In this document: piece by piece, positions 7,793-16,308 of the stretch
How the letters are laid out: every line of letters starts with the position of its first letter
Numbering within the stretch: the stretch's first letter is position 1
Source: Candidatus Saganbacteria bacterium
Lineage (GTDB): Bacteria; Margulisbacteria; WOR-1; JAKLHX01
Length of the DNA: 32,000 nucleotides
NCBI GenBank assembly: GCA_026387835.1
Contig: JAPLKZ010000007.1
Span: forward strand, 124,187 to 156,186
Reading direction: 5' to 3'
Program-made: the position numbers and the translations under genes
Notes under the pieces: generated by a model
Seen by the model: only the letters and a program-made list of their open reading frames with translations
Database searches by the model: none
Told to the model about the DNA's origin: nothing

Positions 7793-9016
7793 ATGTTCAA
7801 TAAGATAACGTGTTTTTTGTTGATGACAGTTTTGACTGCAAGCGCTATGGCAGCGCCCGCGGCAAAGAAGCTGCAACCCGCTAAAGCGAAAAAAGCGGTT
7901 GTAAAAGCAGGAAAAAAAGCAGCACCGCAAATGAAAGCCTCGCCTAAGATGAAATCTCAGGAGAACAAGGCAGAGGATACAACGGAAGATATCAGGGACG
8001 ACGTGAACAAGGCTGTGTCTGAGCTAAAAGGCCAGATAGACACAGTGAAAGCCGATAATAGCGACGCGAAGGTCGGTGGGGTGATATTTTTCAGGTGGCA
8101 GAGCAAATCAAGCGGAGCAGCATTTAACAATTTTGATATTGACAGAGCGTATGTTGACATAAAAAAGAAGCTTGGCGGCGGAGCAGCAATGAGGGTGACT
8201 CTTGATGTGGCAAGGCTCAGCACTGCTTTGGATACGGCGAAGACAACCCAGAACCTGTTCGATTATCTGAAATATGCTTATGTGGATATTCCTATAGATT
8301 TAGCTAATATGCAGGTAATCCCGATGTCGTTGACCGCAAAAGTCGGTCTTCAGCACACCGTCTGGATCGACTGGATGGACAAGATCATGGATATAAGGTT
8401 CATCGCGAAGAGCCTAGTGGATAATGAAGGTCTTATGTCGTCGGCAGATTTCGGTATCGGAGCAACAGGAAAATTTACATTGCCGATGGTCCCGGAAATC
8501 GAGTATCATGCTACCCTTTTAAACGGTACGGGATATAAAGCCGTTGAGACCAATAACAGGAAAGACCTGTCTTTGAGATTGAATTCGGATCTCTATTCAG
8601 ATGCGACATACGGTAAAGTAACGGCAGGTACATTTTTGTCTTTATTGGGAGAGGACAGCACTTTGGTCAACAAAGACGGCACAAAAGCCGGAGCAGCTGT
8701 TGCATACAGGCATGATCTGGGGACCGTCTTCGGGGAGTATTACAGAGCGAAAGGCGGAGTTGCCGGAACGAGCATAGGAGGATTATTCAATGTCCAGCCG
8801 CTGGTGGAATGGCTGCCTCTGAGCCTTTTTGCAAGGGCGGATGTTTATAGTCCTAACCTTAATACGACCGCAACGACTGATGTTAAAAGGTCATTCTACG
8901 GGATAGTTTGCCAGATAAACAAAGATATCCGTCTCGCAGTCGACCAGCAGACATCCCAGACAGGGTCCGGTGCACAGTCAAGTGTTCTGTACGTCCAGAT
9001 GGAGACGAAGTATTAA
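7793..9016 (+). CDS. Outer-membrane beta-barrel porin, phosphate-selective porin (OprP/OprO)-like
   Basis: Signal peptide, short coiled-coil-like segment then GGVIFFRWQ...NNFDIDRAYVDIKKKL...; located in the Pho cluster. Confidence 0.65.
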   Translation: MFNKITCFLLMTVLTASAMAAPAAKKLQPAKAKKAVVKAGKKAAPQMKASPKMKSQENKAEDTTEDIRDDVNKAVSELKGQIDTVKADNSDAKVGGVIFFRWQSKSSGAAFNNFDIDRAYVDIKKKLGGGAAMRVTLDVARLSTALDTAKTTQNLFDYLKYAYVDIPIDLANMQVIPMSLTAKVGLQHTVWIDWMDKIMDIRFIAKSLVDNEGLMSSADFGIGATGKFTLPMVPEIEYHATLLNGTGYKAVETNNRKDLSLRLNSDLYSDATYGKVTAGTFLSLLGEDSTLVNKDGTKAGAAVAYRHDLGTVFGEYYRAKGGVAGTSIGGLFNVQPLVEWLPLSLFARADVYSPNLNTTATTDVKRSFYGIVCQINKDIRLAVDQQTSQTGSGAQSSVLYVQMETKY

Positions 9017-9048
9017 TTAACAAATATTTAACAAATGCGTAATATTAT
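9017..9048 (+). promoter_or_regulatory. Pho-box-like repeats and -10 upstream of pstS
   Basis: TTAACA (9017), TTAACA (9028), GTAATA (9039) at 11-bp spacing; TATTAT at 9043-9048. Confidence 0.5.
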
Positions 9049-9085
9049 GTTAATGGATAAAGATGATAATAAAAAAGGAGGCCAA

Positions 9086-10093
9086 ATGATGATAAAGAAA
9101 GTTTTTGCGGCGCTGTCAATAATGGCAGTAATTTTTACGGGCATGTCCGCTGCCGCTGACCTGAACGGGGCAGGCGCGACATTCCCGTACCCGATCTATT
9201 CGAAGTGGATGTCCGAGTATAACAAGATAAAGGGAATACAGGTCAATTATGCGTCGATCGGCTCCGGCGGAGGCATCAGACAGTTCACTGCCGGTGTTGT
9301 GGATTTCGGCGCGACCGATGCTTATATGACAAACGATGAGATATCTAAGGTGAGTGGCGGGGTCGTACACGTGCCGACAGTGATGGGAGCGGTCGCAGTG
9401 GTTTTCAATAACGGTCTCAAGACTCTAAATCTTGACGGAAAAACCCTTGCAGCGATATTCATGGGAGACATCAAGAAATGGAACGATGAAAGGATAGCGG
9501 AACTCAATCCCGGAATATCGCTTCCAGATTCAAGCATACTTATAGCCCACAGATCTGATGCCAGCGGGACCACGAGCATCTTCACAGGATATCTTGCAAA
9601 AGTGAGCACCGACTGGGCTGCAAAAGTCGGAGCCGGGAAAGCGGTCGCGTGGCCGGTAGGTGTCGGTGCAAAGGGAAATGAAGGAGTGACTGGAGCGGTA
9701 GTGAACAACAGTAACTCCATCGGGTACGTCGAGCTGGCTTACGCGAAACAGAATAACCTGCCTATGGCGGCAATAAAGAACCGTTCGGGAAATTATGTGT
9801 TACCGTCCGTAAGCGGTGTCACGGCAGCGGCGGATAAAGGCATGTCAAAGATACCCGCAGATTTCAGGGGCGAAATACTGAACATGCCGGGAAGCGCAAG
9901 CTATCCGATATCCGGACTGACATGGATAGTTGTAAGAAAAGAAAATTCGAACGCTGAAAAAACAAAACTACTTAAGGATTTTCTCGGCTGGTCGCTGACA
10001 AAAGGTCAGGATTATGCAGGAGATCTGTATTATGCTCCTCTGCCGCAGTCATTAAGGAATAAAGTCGTTGCAGCTTTGGAGACGATAAAATAG
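9086..10093 (+). CDS. pstS: Phosphate ABC transporter substrate-binding protein PstS
   Basis: LNGAGATFPYPIYSKW, GSGGGIRQFTAG, DFGATDAYM, SDASGTTSIFTGYL. Start moved to the ATG after aaaggaggcc. Confidence 0.95.
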   Translation: MMIKKVFAALSIMAVIFTGMSAAADLNGAGATFPYPIYSKWMSEYNKIKGIQVNYASIGSGGGIRQFTAGVVDFGATDAYMTNDEISKVSGGVVHVPTVMGAVAVVFNNGLKTLNLDGKTLAAIFMGDIKKWNDERIAELNPGISLPDSSILIAHRSDASGTTSIFTGYLAKVSTDWAAKVGAGKAVAWPVGVGAKGNEGVTGAVVNNSNSIGYVELAYAKQNNLPMAAIKNRSGNYVLPSVSGVTAAADKGMSKIPADFRGEILNMPGSASYPISGLTWIVVRKENSNAEKTKLLKDFLGWSLTKGQDYAGDLYYAPLPQSLRNKVVAALETIK

Positions 10094-10095
10094 TT

Positions 10096-11019
10096 TTGAA
10101 AAATGATCCGAACAAGGCCGACAGGATCTATAGAACAATAGCAGTAATATTTGCCGCGGTCATCCCTGTGATGTCCGCGGCGGTATTTTTGATGCTGGCG
10201 CAAAAATCCATCCCGTCAATAATTGCTTTCGGCCCGGGTTTTCTTGTCAGATCGGTCTGGGACCCGGTAGCTGAAATATACGGAGCTTTGCCGTTCATTT
10301 ACGGGACGCTTCTTTCTTCATTTATCGCACTGGTGATAGCCGTGCCGCTCGGGCTCGGATGCGCTGTCTATCTTTCAGAAGTTTCAAAGTCAAAGTTCAA
10401 AGAATATATTGCAACGATGGTGGACATGCTGGCTGCGATACCTTCTGTAGTGTACGGTCTTTGGGGTATATTTGTTCTCGGTCCTTTCCTTGTGCAGTAT
10501 ATCCAGCCTTTCCTGGCAAAATATTTCGGTTTCATCCCTCTTTTTCAGGGGCCGCCTATGGGGCTCAGCATGATGACAGGAGGAGTGATACTCGCGATAA
10601 TGATACTTCCGACCATTACTTCCGTATCAAGAGAGATACTTCAAGTTGTCCCTAACAGTCTGCGTGAATCCGCAATGGCGCTCGGTGCGACAAAATGGGA
10701 AACGGTTAGGACCGCGGTGCTTCCTCCGGCCGTGTCAGGTATAGTCGGGGCTGTGATACTCGCTCTTGGAAGGGCAGTTGGTGAGACGATGGCAATAACG
10801 ATGGTGATAGGTAACAGGCCGGAGGTGTCGGCTTCGTTATTTGCTCCCGGATACACGCTGGCATCGGTAATAGCAAATGAATTTGCGGAAGCCTCGAGCC
10901 CGATGAACCTTTCAGCAATGTTCGAAATAGGATTGATTCTCTTACTCTTGACGGTCGTGATCAACGGACTTGCAAGGATACTGATATGGAAAATAGCGGG
11001 CAAAGGTCTTATTCAATAA
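10096..11019 (+). CDS. pstC: Phosphate ABC transporter permease PstC
   Basis: GTLLSSFIALVIAVPLGLGCAVYLSE, AAIPSVVYGLWGIFVL, LRESAMALGATKWETVRTAVLP; TTG start. Confidence 0.95.
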   Translation: MKNDPNKADRIYRTIAVIFAAVIPVMSAAVFLMLAQKSIPSIIAFGPGFLVRSVWDPVAEIYGALPFIYGTLLSSFIALVIAVPLGLGCAVYLSEVSKSKFKEYIATMVDMLAAIPSVVYGLWGIFVLGPFLVQYIQPFLAKYFGFIPLFQGPPMGLSMMTGGVILAIMILPTITSVSREILQVVPNSLRESAMALGATKWETVRTAVLPPAVSGIVGAVILALGRAVGETMAITMVIGNRPEVSASLFAPGYTLASVIANEFAEASSPMNLSAMFEIGLILLLLTVVINGLARILIWKIAGKGLIQ

Positions 11020-11840
11020 GAAAGTTGAAGGACAGGCTTTTTATATACGCAGCAGTCTTCTGCGCTGGGGCCGCAGTCCTTCCTTTGATACTTCTTCTGG
11101 GATACGTCATTTTTAAAGGCGCATCTTCTTTGACTCTGAGCTTTTTCACTCATGTGCCTGTTCCGGTCGGTGAGAATGGCGGCGGCATCGGCAACGGAAT
11201 AATAGGTACTTTAATGATAGTAGGTCTTGGATGCGTTTTCAGCCTGCCAATCGGAATATTTTCAGGCATCTGGCTTTCAGAGTGGGGAAAAGGAAAGACA
11301 GGATTCATTGTTAGGTACTGCGTTGACGTGATGAGTGGTGTTCCCACAATTGTCCTTGCTTTGTTCTCTTATACCGTTTTTGTCCTTACAATGCACCGGT
11401 TTTCGGCGATCGCGGGCGGTTTTGCGGTGGCAATGATAATGCTTCCATATATAACAAAGACGACCGAAGAAATGCTGAAAATGGTCCCAAGGACGCTCAG
11501 GGAATCAGCGCTTGCTCTGGGTATTCCGGAATGGAGGGTCTCTTTAAGCGTTGTTGTAAGATCGGCATGGAGCGGAATATTTACCGGGGTGATGCTCGCG
11601 GTCGCAAGAGCGGCCGGAGAAACGGCCCCGCTATTATTCACGGCCTTCAACAGCATGTACTGGAACTTTATGCCGGATCAGCCGACAGCCTCCATGACCG
11701 TGCAAATATACACTTATGCGATATCTCCTTATGAGCAATGGCATAATATGGCCTGGGCCGGATCACTTGTGCTAATCGGTATAGTTCTTTTTGTTACAAT
11801 ATTTGTAAGGAAATTCTCAAAGAGGGTGAACTTTGGATAA
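10986..11840 (+). CDS. pstA: Phosphate ABC transporter permease PstA
   Basis: [57 protein letters not shown]. Confidence 0.95.
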   Translation: MENSGQRSYSIRKLKDRLFIYAAVFCAGAAVLPLILLLGYVIFKGASSLTLSFFTHVPVPVGENGGGIGNGIIGTLMIVGLGCVFSLPIGIFSGIWLSEWGKGKTGFIVRYCVDVMSGVPTIVLALFSYTVFVLTMHRFSAIAGGFAVAMIMLPYITKTTEEMLKMVPRTLRESALALGIPEWRVSLSVVVRSAWSGIFTGVMLAVARAAGETAPLLFTAFNSMYWNFMPDQPTASMTVQIYTYAISPYEQWHNMAWAGSLVLIGIVLFVTIFVRKFSKRVNFG

Positions 11841-12594
11841 AGAAAAGATAAAAGTAAAAGAACTTAACGCCTGGTTCGGGGCTAAGCAGGCGCTTAAAAA
11901 TATTAATGTTTCTATTGCGGAGAACATGGTTACTGCAGTCATCGGCCCTTCAGGTTGCGGCAAGTCCACTTTTATCCGGTGCGTGAACAGGATGCACGAG
12001 ACTGTCATTGACGCAAGGATGAGCGGAGAAATATCGCTTGAAGGAATCATCATCAGCGATCCATCGGTTGATCCGGTCGGGATCCGGCGAAAAATAGGCA
12101 TGGTCTTTCAAAAGGCGACCCCTTTCCCGACAATGTCCATCTATGACAATGTTGCGGCAGGTCTCAAGTTGAACGGACTTAACAACAGAAAAAAACTTGA
12201 TGAAGCGGTCGAGCACAGCCTGAAACAGGCGGCCTTGTGGGAAGAAGTTAAAGACATCCTGTTCTGCCCCGGGAACTCTCTTTCCGGCGGTCAGCAGCAA
12301 AGGCTTTGCATAGCAAGGGCATTGGCGGTAAAACCTGAAGTTCTTCTGCTTGATGAGCCCTGCTCAGCGCTTGACCCGATCTCCACGGGGAAAATTGAAG
12401 ACCTGATCGCGGAGCTTAAAAAATCGATCACAATACTGATAGTTACCCATAATATGCAGCAGGCAGCGCGTGTTGCGGACTTTACCGGATTCTTTCTTCT
12501 GGGCGAGCTGATAGAGTTTGATATCACGAAAAAAATATTCACCGCTCCTTCGGATAAAAGGACAGAGGATTATATTACAGGAAGATTCGGATAA
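11833..12594 (+). CDS. pstB: Phosphate ABC transporter ATP-binding protein PstB
   Basis: Walker [26 protein letters not shown], Walker [14 protein letters not shown]. Confidence 0.97.
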   Translation: MDKEKIKVKELNAWFGAKQALKNINVSIAENMVTAVIGPSGCGKSTFIRCVNRMHETVIDARMSGEISLEGIIISDPSVDPVGIRRKIGMVFQKATPFPTMSIYDNVAAGLKLNGLNNRKKLDEAVEHSLKQAALWEEVKDILFCPGNSLSGGQQQRLCIARALAVKPEVLLLDEPCSALDPISTGKIEDLIAELKKSITILIVTHNMQQAARVADFTGFFLLGELIEFDITKKIFTAPSDKRTEDYITGRFG

Positions 12595-12605
12595 GGAGGA
12601 CAATC

Positions 12606-13277
12606 ATGAGCGAACGGACAATGGATACGGAACTTTCAGAATTGAACGGATTAATAATGATGATGGCAAATATGGTCGAGACTTCCGTTGCCATGAGCAT
12701 CGAAGCTGTCAAGAGAAGGGATGAAAAGATGTCGGATAAAGTCATAGAGGATGATAAGGAAGTCGACCAACTTGAGCTTGAGATAGACGATAAATGCATC
12801 ACTATTCTTGCGACAAGACAGCCGATGGCAGCTGATTTAAGATTTATCGCGACCGCAATGAAGATCGTAACAGACCTTGAAAGGATAGGGGATCTTTCAG
12901 TTGATATCTCTCAAAGGAACAAAGAACTTTTAAACTGGCCGCTCCTTAAACCTCTTATAGATACTCCAAAACTTGCGGAGATAGCAAGGCAGATGATAAG
13001 AGAGAGTATCGATTCTTTTGTAAAAAGAGACGGTTCAAGGAGCCTTAAGATACACGACCTTGAAAAAGAATCTGACAGATTAAAGGACCTGATAACCGAC
13101 GAGCTGATAGACATAATGACAAAGGATTGTTCCGCCGTACCAAAAGCTATCCCGCTTGTACTTATTGCAAGGCATCTCGAGCGCATCTGCGACCACGCGA
13201 TGAATATTGCCGAAGATGTTGTTTACATGGTTGAGGCGAAGGTCGTCAAGCATCTGCATGAACAAGGAGGTGGGTAA
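12606..13277 (+). CDS. phoU: Phosphate transport system regulator PhoU
   Basis: VIEDDKEVDQLELEIDDKCI, RQPMAADLRFIATAMKIVTDLERIGD, ARHLERICDHAMNIAEDVVY. Confidence 0.95.
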   Translation: MSERTMDTELSELNGLIMMMANMVETSVAMSIEAVKRRDEKMSDKVIEDDKEVDQLELEIDDKCITILATRQPMAADLRFIATAMKIVTDLERIGDLSVDISQRNKELLNWPLLKPLIDTPKLAEIARQMIRESIDSFVKRDGSRSLKIHDLEKESDRLKDLITDELIDIMTKDCSAVPKAIPLVLIARHLERICDHAMNIAEDVVYMVEAKVVKHLHEQGGG

Positions 13278-13278
13278 G

Positions 13279-13581
13279 ATGGTAAATGAAGGCCCATGGT
13301 ATTTAAAACAGTCTCCCCTGGGAGCTGGGTATCAGCACTTTTCAAATACTGCAAAACAGGCTTCCATACTGGATTCGAAGACAAAAGAACTAATACGCGT
13401 CGCGATAGCCTCCGTTTTCCGGTGCCGGCATTGCACGGAGCATCATATTAAGGACGCGCTAGCGGCGGGAGCGACAAAGCAGGAAATATCTGAAACGATC
13501 CTTCTCTCAGCTTTACAGGCTGCGGGGACACAGCTAAACTGGCACAAAGAGTTTTTTGAAGAAAAACTAACAGATAAATAA
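13279..13581 (+). CDS. Carboxymuconolactone decarboxylase / AhpD-like protein
   Basis: ATG preceded by AAGGAGG; IASVFRCRHCTEHHIKDALAAGATKQEISETILLSALQAAG. Confidence 0.8.
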   Translation: MVNEGPWYLKQSPLGAGYQHFSNTAKQASILDSKTKELIRVAIASVFRCRHCTEHHIKDALAAGATKQEISETILLSALQAAGTQLNWHKEFFEEKLTDK

Positions 13582-13710
13582 GCAGGCGATTTTTGCGGAA
13601 GGCCCTCCAGAGGCGGGTAAAGGTTTGGGGAGGGAGTCCTTCGCTTTGCTCAGGATAAACTCCAACCGCCCCCAAGATAGGAAGGCTACAGCCTACCCAG
13701 ATCTTTCTTC

Positions 13711-13778
13711 TTGCAGCCGTGAATAGTGTTAGGTATAATCAGAGTAATGGTAGCGGTGTGGGCCGCTCGCACCATTTT
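13711..13778 (+). promoter_or_regulatory. tRNA-Ala promoter and leader hairpin
   Basis: TTGCAG (13711-13716), 17 bp spacer, TATAAT (13734-13739); leader ATGGT-AGCGG...CCGCT-CGC-ACCAT. Confidence 0.7.
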
Positions 13779-13785
13779 CATTAGT

Positions 13786-13858
13786 GGGGGCATAGTTCAG
13801 CTGGTAGAACGTCTGCTTTGCAAGCAGAAGGTCCGCGGTTCGAGTCCGCGTGCCTCCA
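13786..13858 (+). tRNA. tRNA-Ala (TGC)
   Basis: Acceptor GGGGGCA/TGCCTCC, anticodon arm TCTGC-TTTGCAA-GCAGA, T-arm GGTTCGAGTCC. Confidence 0.95.
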
Positions 13859-14562
13859 TTTTAGTTTCTTTGCGAACTCCCGCACAAGCGTTTTCTGAAA
13901 TATTTTTCGGCGAAGGTTTTCTTCTGCGGCATTTTTTTGGGTGGGGGCAAAAAAATGCCGCAGGAACAGTTTCAGGGGTTTGATTTTCGGCGCTGTTATC
14001 ATGATATTTCAATATTACTTCGATGTTCTCCTTCGAATAAATTATCTTTTCGATGTGCCGTTTCATAATAATTCGTCTTTCAGTCATGTCCATATTATCT
14101 GCCGGCCCAGTTAAGGTCTCAAGTATCTGCCGGACCTTTTCGGAGGTGAACTGCAATGGAAAGGGCCCCGGTTCAAGTCCGCTTGCCATAGGTTTAGGCG
14201 AATTATTGAGCGTGAAGATCAAACTGTCGAGATGTTGATTGTTTTTGGCTATATTATCAAGATAATCTATGACAAGCCTGTCCAGACGATCAACGCTGAC
14301 CTGCCTGATATCACAAAAAGACAGGTCCCTTTTATTAACGCTTGTGCAACGATAATAAAAATATCTGACTCTCCTTGTATCTCTCTTTTTATTTGTGAAG
14401 ACTTCGCTCATAGTAGATCCGCAGCCTTTACAATGAAGTAATCCCGGAAATAAAGCACAGTGAACGACTCTGCCGTATATTCTCTGTTTGTGATGTTTCT
14501 GCGCCTCTTCAAACATTTCGGGAGACACAACTGGTTCGTGCTGTCCTTGATAGATATTTCCT
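13859..14562 (-). pseudogene. 5'-truncated serine recombinase remnant at the tRNA-Ala 3' end (second copy of the tRNA-Ile-associated element)
   Basis: Protein GNIYQGQHEPVVSPEMFEEAQKHHKQRIYGRVVHCALFPGLLHCKGCGSTMSEVF... nearly identical to the 2121..3635 product; catalytic N-terminal domain missing; DNA similarity ends near 14562. Confidence 0.85.
13925..13962. repeat. Second copy of the recombinase 3'-end inverted repeat
   Basis: TGCGGCATTTTTTTG (13925-13939) / CAAAAAAATGCCGCA (13948-13962), identical to 2300-2337. Confidence 0.8.
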
Positions 14563-14619
14563 CTATTGCTCAGGGCGAGCTTCAAAAAAGGCGCTGTTTT
14601 ATGATATAATTCAACCACT

Positions 14620-14850
14620 ATGAAAACAAAACAGGCAAAACAAAAAACGAAACCCGTATATGTGAATGGATTGTCCTTGAAAAGGCCCGCGGTACTGATC
14701 GACGCCAGGGAGTACGAAGGGATGAAGGAAACCCTTGACATATTGATGGAAGACCCCGGTATCTCCAAGGAGATCAGAATAGCCGAAAAAGAACTTAAAA
14801 CGGGTAAAACCGTTTCCTGGGAAAAACTGAAGAATGAACTCAAAGTATGA
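14620..14850 (+). CDS. Antitoxin of a RelE/ParE-type toxin-antitoxin pair
   Basis: 76 aa, Phd/YefM-like layout (DAREYEGMKETLDILMEDPGISKEIRIAEKELKTGKTVSWEKLKNELKV), overlaps the toxin ORF. Confidence 0.75.
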   Translation: MKTKQAKQKTKPVYVNGLSLKRPAVLIDAREYEGMKETLDILMEDPGISKEIRIAEKELKTGKTVSWEKLKNELKV

Positions 14851-15094
14851 ACTTGAGTTTTCAAGCCAGGCCGCTAAATTCCTCAAGAAACTAAAGAACA
14901 AAGAGCTTTTACAGAACATATTGTCAGCGCTGGATATTATACGAAAAGATCCTCTTTCAGGTAAGTTTTTGCAGGGAGATCTAAGAGACTATCATTCTTA
15001 CAGGGTAGGAACGTACAGGGTCATTTACAGGCCGGTTCACGATAAAATGCTTATTTTCATCCTGCGCATCTCTCACAGAAAAGAAAGCTATTGA
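14834..15094 (+). CDS. RelE/ParE/YoeB-like toxin
   Basis: YELEFSSQAAKFLKKLKNK...DPLSGKFLQGDLRDYHSYRVGTYRVIYRPVHDKMLIFILRISHRKESY. Confidence 0.88.
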   Translation: MNSKYELEFSSQAAKFLKKLKNKELLQNILSALDIIRKDPLSGKFLQGDLRDYHSYRVGTYRVIYRPVHDKMLIFILRISHRKESY

Positions 15095-15115
15095 TCATAA
15101 ATTATTGGGCTTTCT

Positions 15116-15160
15116 ATGAAAAATAAATCGGCATTAGTTCTTTCCGGCGGCTTCGTCAAA
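15116..15160 (+). pseudogene. N-terminal remnant of a patatin-like gene (MKNKSALVLSGGFVK)
   Basis: Matches the intact gene at 16309 (MNKLALVLSGGFVK), then runs straight into a palindromic repeat. Confidence 0.6.
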
Positions 15161-15203
15161 GCTTGTCCCGAGCGAAGTCGAGGGAGCCGAGGGAGCGCCG
15201 CGC
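15161..15203. repeat. REP/RPE-like palindromic element (copy 2)
   Basis: gcttgtcccgagcgaagtcgagggagccgagggagcgccgcgc; nearly the same as 21792-21825. Confidence 0.65.
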
Positions 15204-15210
15204 GCGGGGC

Positions 15211-15237
15211 ACGCAGTCAGCAGTTAGCAGTCCGCAG
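15211..15237. repeat. 7-bp-period CGCAGTN array (copy 1)
   Basis: CGCAGTC AGCAGTT AGCAGTC CGCAG. Confidence 0.6.
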
Positions 15238-15246
15238 ATCGGGCCG

Positions 15247-15291
15247 TTGACAAAAGAATTGTTTATAGTATTATATGACTATAACCATAGT
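15247..15291 (+). promoter_or_regulatory. Promoter with overlapping palindromic operator for the NTase/HEPN pair
   Basis: TTGACA (15247-15252), 16 bp spacer, TATTAT (15269-15274); TATAGT (15264)...ACTATA (15278), and ACTAT...ATAGT (15287-15291). Confidence 0.5.
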
Positions 15292-15302
15292 AAGGAGTGA
15301 CA

Positions 15303-15851
15303 ATGTTAAACTTAAGGTCCGGCATCAAGAGCAAAGCGCTGAATTATTTCTTTCTGAACGAAGACAAAAGCATATACATAAATGAGCTTGCGCGCCTGAT
15401 CGGCGCTGACCCAATGAACCTTTACAGGTCACTGATAAAGCTTGAGGAGGAAGGACTTTTAAAAAGCGAATTCAGGGGCAAGGAGCGGTATTTTTCGTCT
15501 AACAAAAAGAATCCGTTATACAAAAACTACAAGGAGATATTCCTCAAGACCCATGGGTTTGAAGCGATGCTCAAGGAAGCATTAGAGAAAGTCAAAGGAC
15601 TGGAAGAAGCCATTATCTACGGATCATACGTGGCAGGCGGTTTTGACAGTTACAGCGATATTGATATTATGGCCGTGGGAAGTCATTCCGCAATAGAACT
15701 CAACAGGGCACTTTCTGTTCTTCAGAAAGAGACAGGAAGAGAGCTCAATGCGGTAAGTTATGGCAGGGCTGACTATGAAAAGCGCAAAAAAAAGAAAGAC
15801 CCCTTCATTTGCGGAGTCCTTAAGAATAAAAAGATAAAGATAATATGTTGA
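15303..15851 (+). CDS. HTH domain fused to a minimal nucleotidyltransferase (MNT)
   Basis: wHTH 'INELARLIGADPMNLYRSLIKLEEEGLLKSEFRGKERYF' followed by IIYGSYVAGGFDSYSDIDIMAVG (GSx..DxD). ATG after AAGGAG. Confidence 0.85.
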   Translation: MLNLRSGIKSKALNYFFLNEDKSIYINELARLIGADPMNLYRSLIKLEEEGLLKSEFRGKERYFSSNKKNPLYKNYKEIFLKTHGFEAMLKEALEKVKGLEEAIIYGSYVAGGFDSYSDIDIMAVGSHSAIELNRALSVLQKETGRELNAVSYGRADYEKRKKKKDPFICGVLKNKKIKIIC

Positions 15852-16249
15852 AATTCGAGGCAAAACACTTTAAGATATTCAACTTTACGCCTGAACAGGT
15901 AGAGGCGAACATGAAGAATGCCGAAAAGACGCTTGAAATAGCAGGGAAAGACAGGATAAGTGAGGTCATCTTCGACTATTCTTACAAGGCAATAATCAAA
16001 GCGGGGATAGCTCTTCTGAGCAAAAATAATTGCAAAGTCAAAAGCGGTTCCGGACATCACATCAAGGTCATAGAAGCACTGGCAAAAATACTGGATGATA
16101 AAACGATAGGGCAGGACGCGGATGTTATGAGGGGAAAAAGGAACCTGGACTTCTACTGCGGCGGTATCGAGGTCTCGGAAAAGGAAGCTGCCGAATACCT
16201 GGCCTTTGCGAAAAAGATAGTACTTGCGGCCAGAAAGATCATTGGTTAA
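15845..16249 (+). CDS. HEPN-domain protein, partner of the upstream MNT
   Basis: Small helical protein directly overlapping the MNT gene; YSYKAIIKAGIALLSKNNCKVKSGSGHHIKVIEAL...MRGKRNLDFY. Confidence 0.7.
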   Translation: MLKFEAKHFKIFNFTPEQVEANMKNAEKTLEIAGKDRISEVIFDYSYKAIIKAGIALLSKNNCKVKSGSGHHIKVIEALAKILDDKTIGQDADVMRGKRNLDFYCGGIEVSEKEAAEYLAFAKKIVLAARKIIG

Positions 16250-16252
16250 AAC

Positions 16253-16288
16253 CGCAGTACGCAGTACGCAGTTGGCAGTACGCAGTCC
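16253..16288. repeat. 7-bp-period CGCAGTN array (copy 2)
   Basis: CGCAGTA CGCAGTA CGCAGTT GGCAGTA CGCAGTC C. Confidence 0.75.
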
Positions 16289-16308
16289 GTTCAAGCAGAA
16301 TACAAAAA

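Noticed and set aside
13726-13983. 85-aa ORF 'MLGIIRVMVAVWAARTIFISGGIVQLVERLLCKQKVRGSSPRASILV...'
   Set aside because: It is a translation of the tRNA-Ala promoter and the tRNA itself (classic SSPRAS-type peptide), not a protein gene.
14563-14864. N-terminal ~100 aa of the 355-aa ORF 13797..14864 (-)
   Set aside because: This part is antisense to the toxin-antitoxin genes. Only the part from about 14562 down matches the recombinase, so the long ORF is a chance fusion.
15303-15851. Considered that the nucleotidyltransferase is a CBASS CD-NTase paired with a patatin effector
   Set aside because: The protein is a minimal NTase fused to an HTH with a HEPN partner. It lacks the size and helical C-terminal domain of CD-NTases, so a CBASS call is not supported.
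15211-16288. CGCAGTN arrays considered as a CRISPR array
   Set aside because: Units are 7 bp and contiguous with no unique spacers, and no Cas-like genes are nearby.
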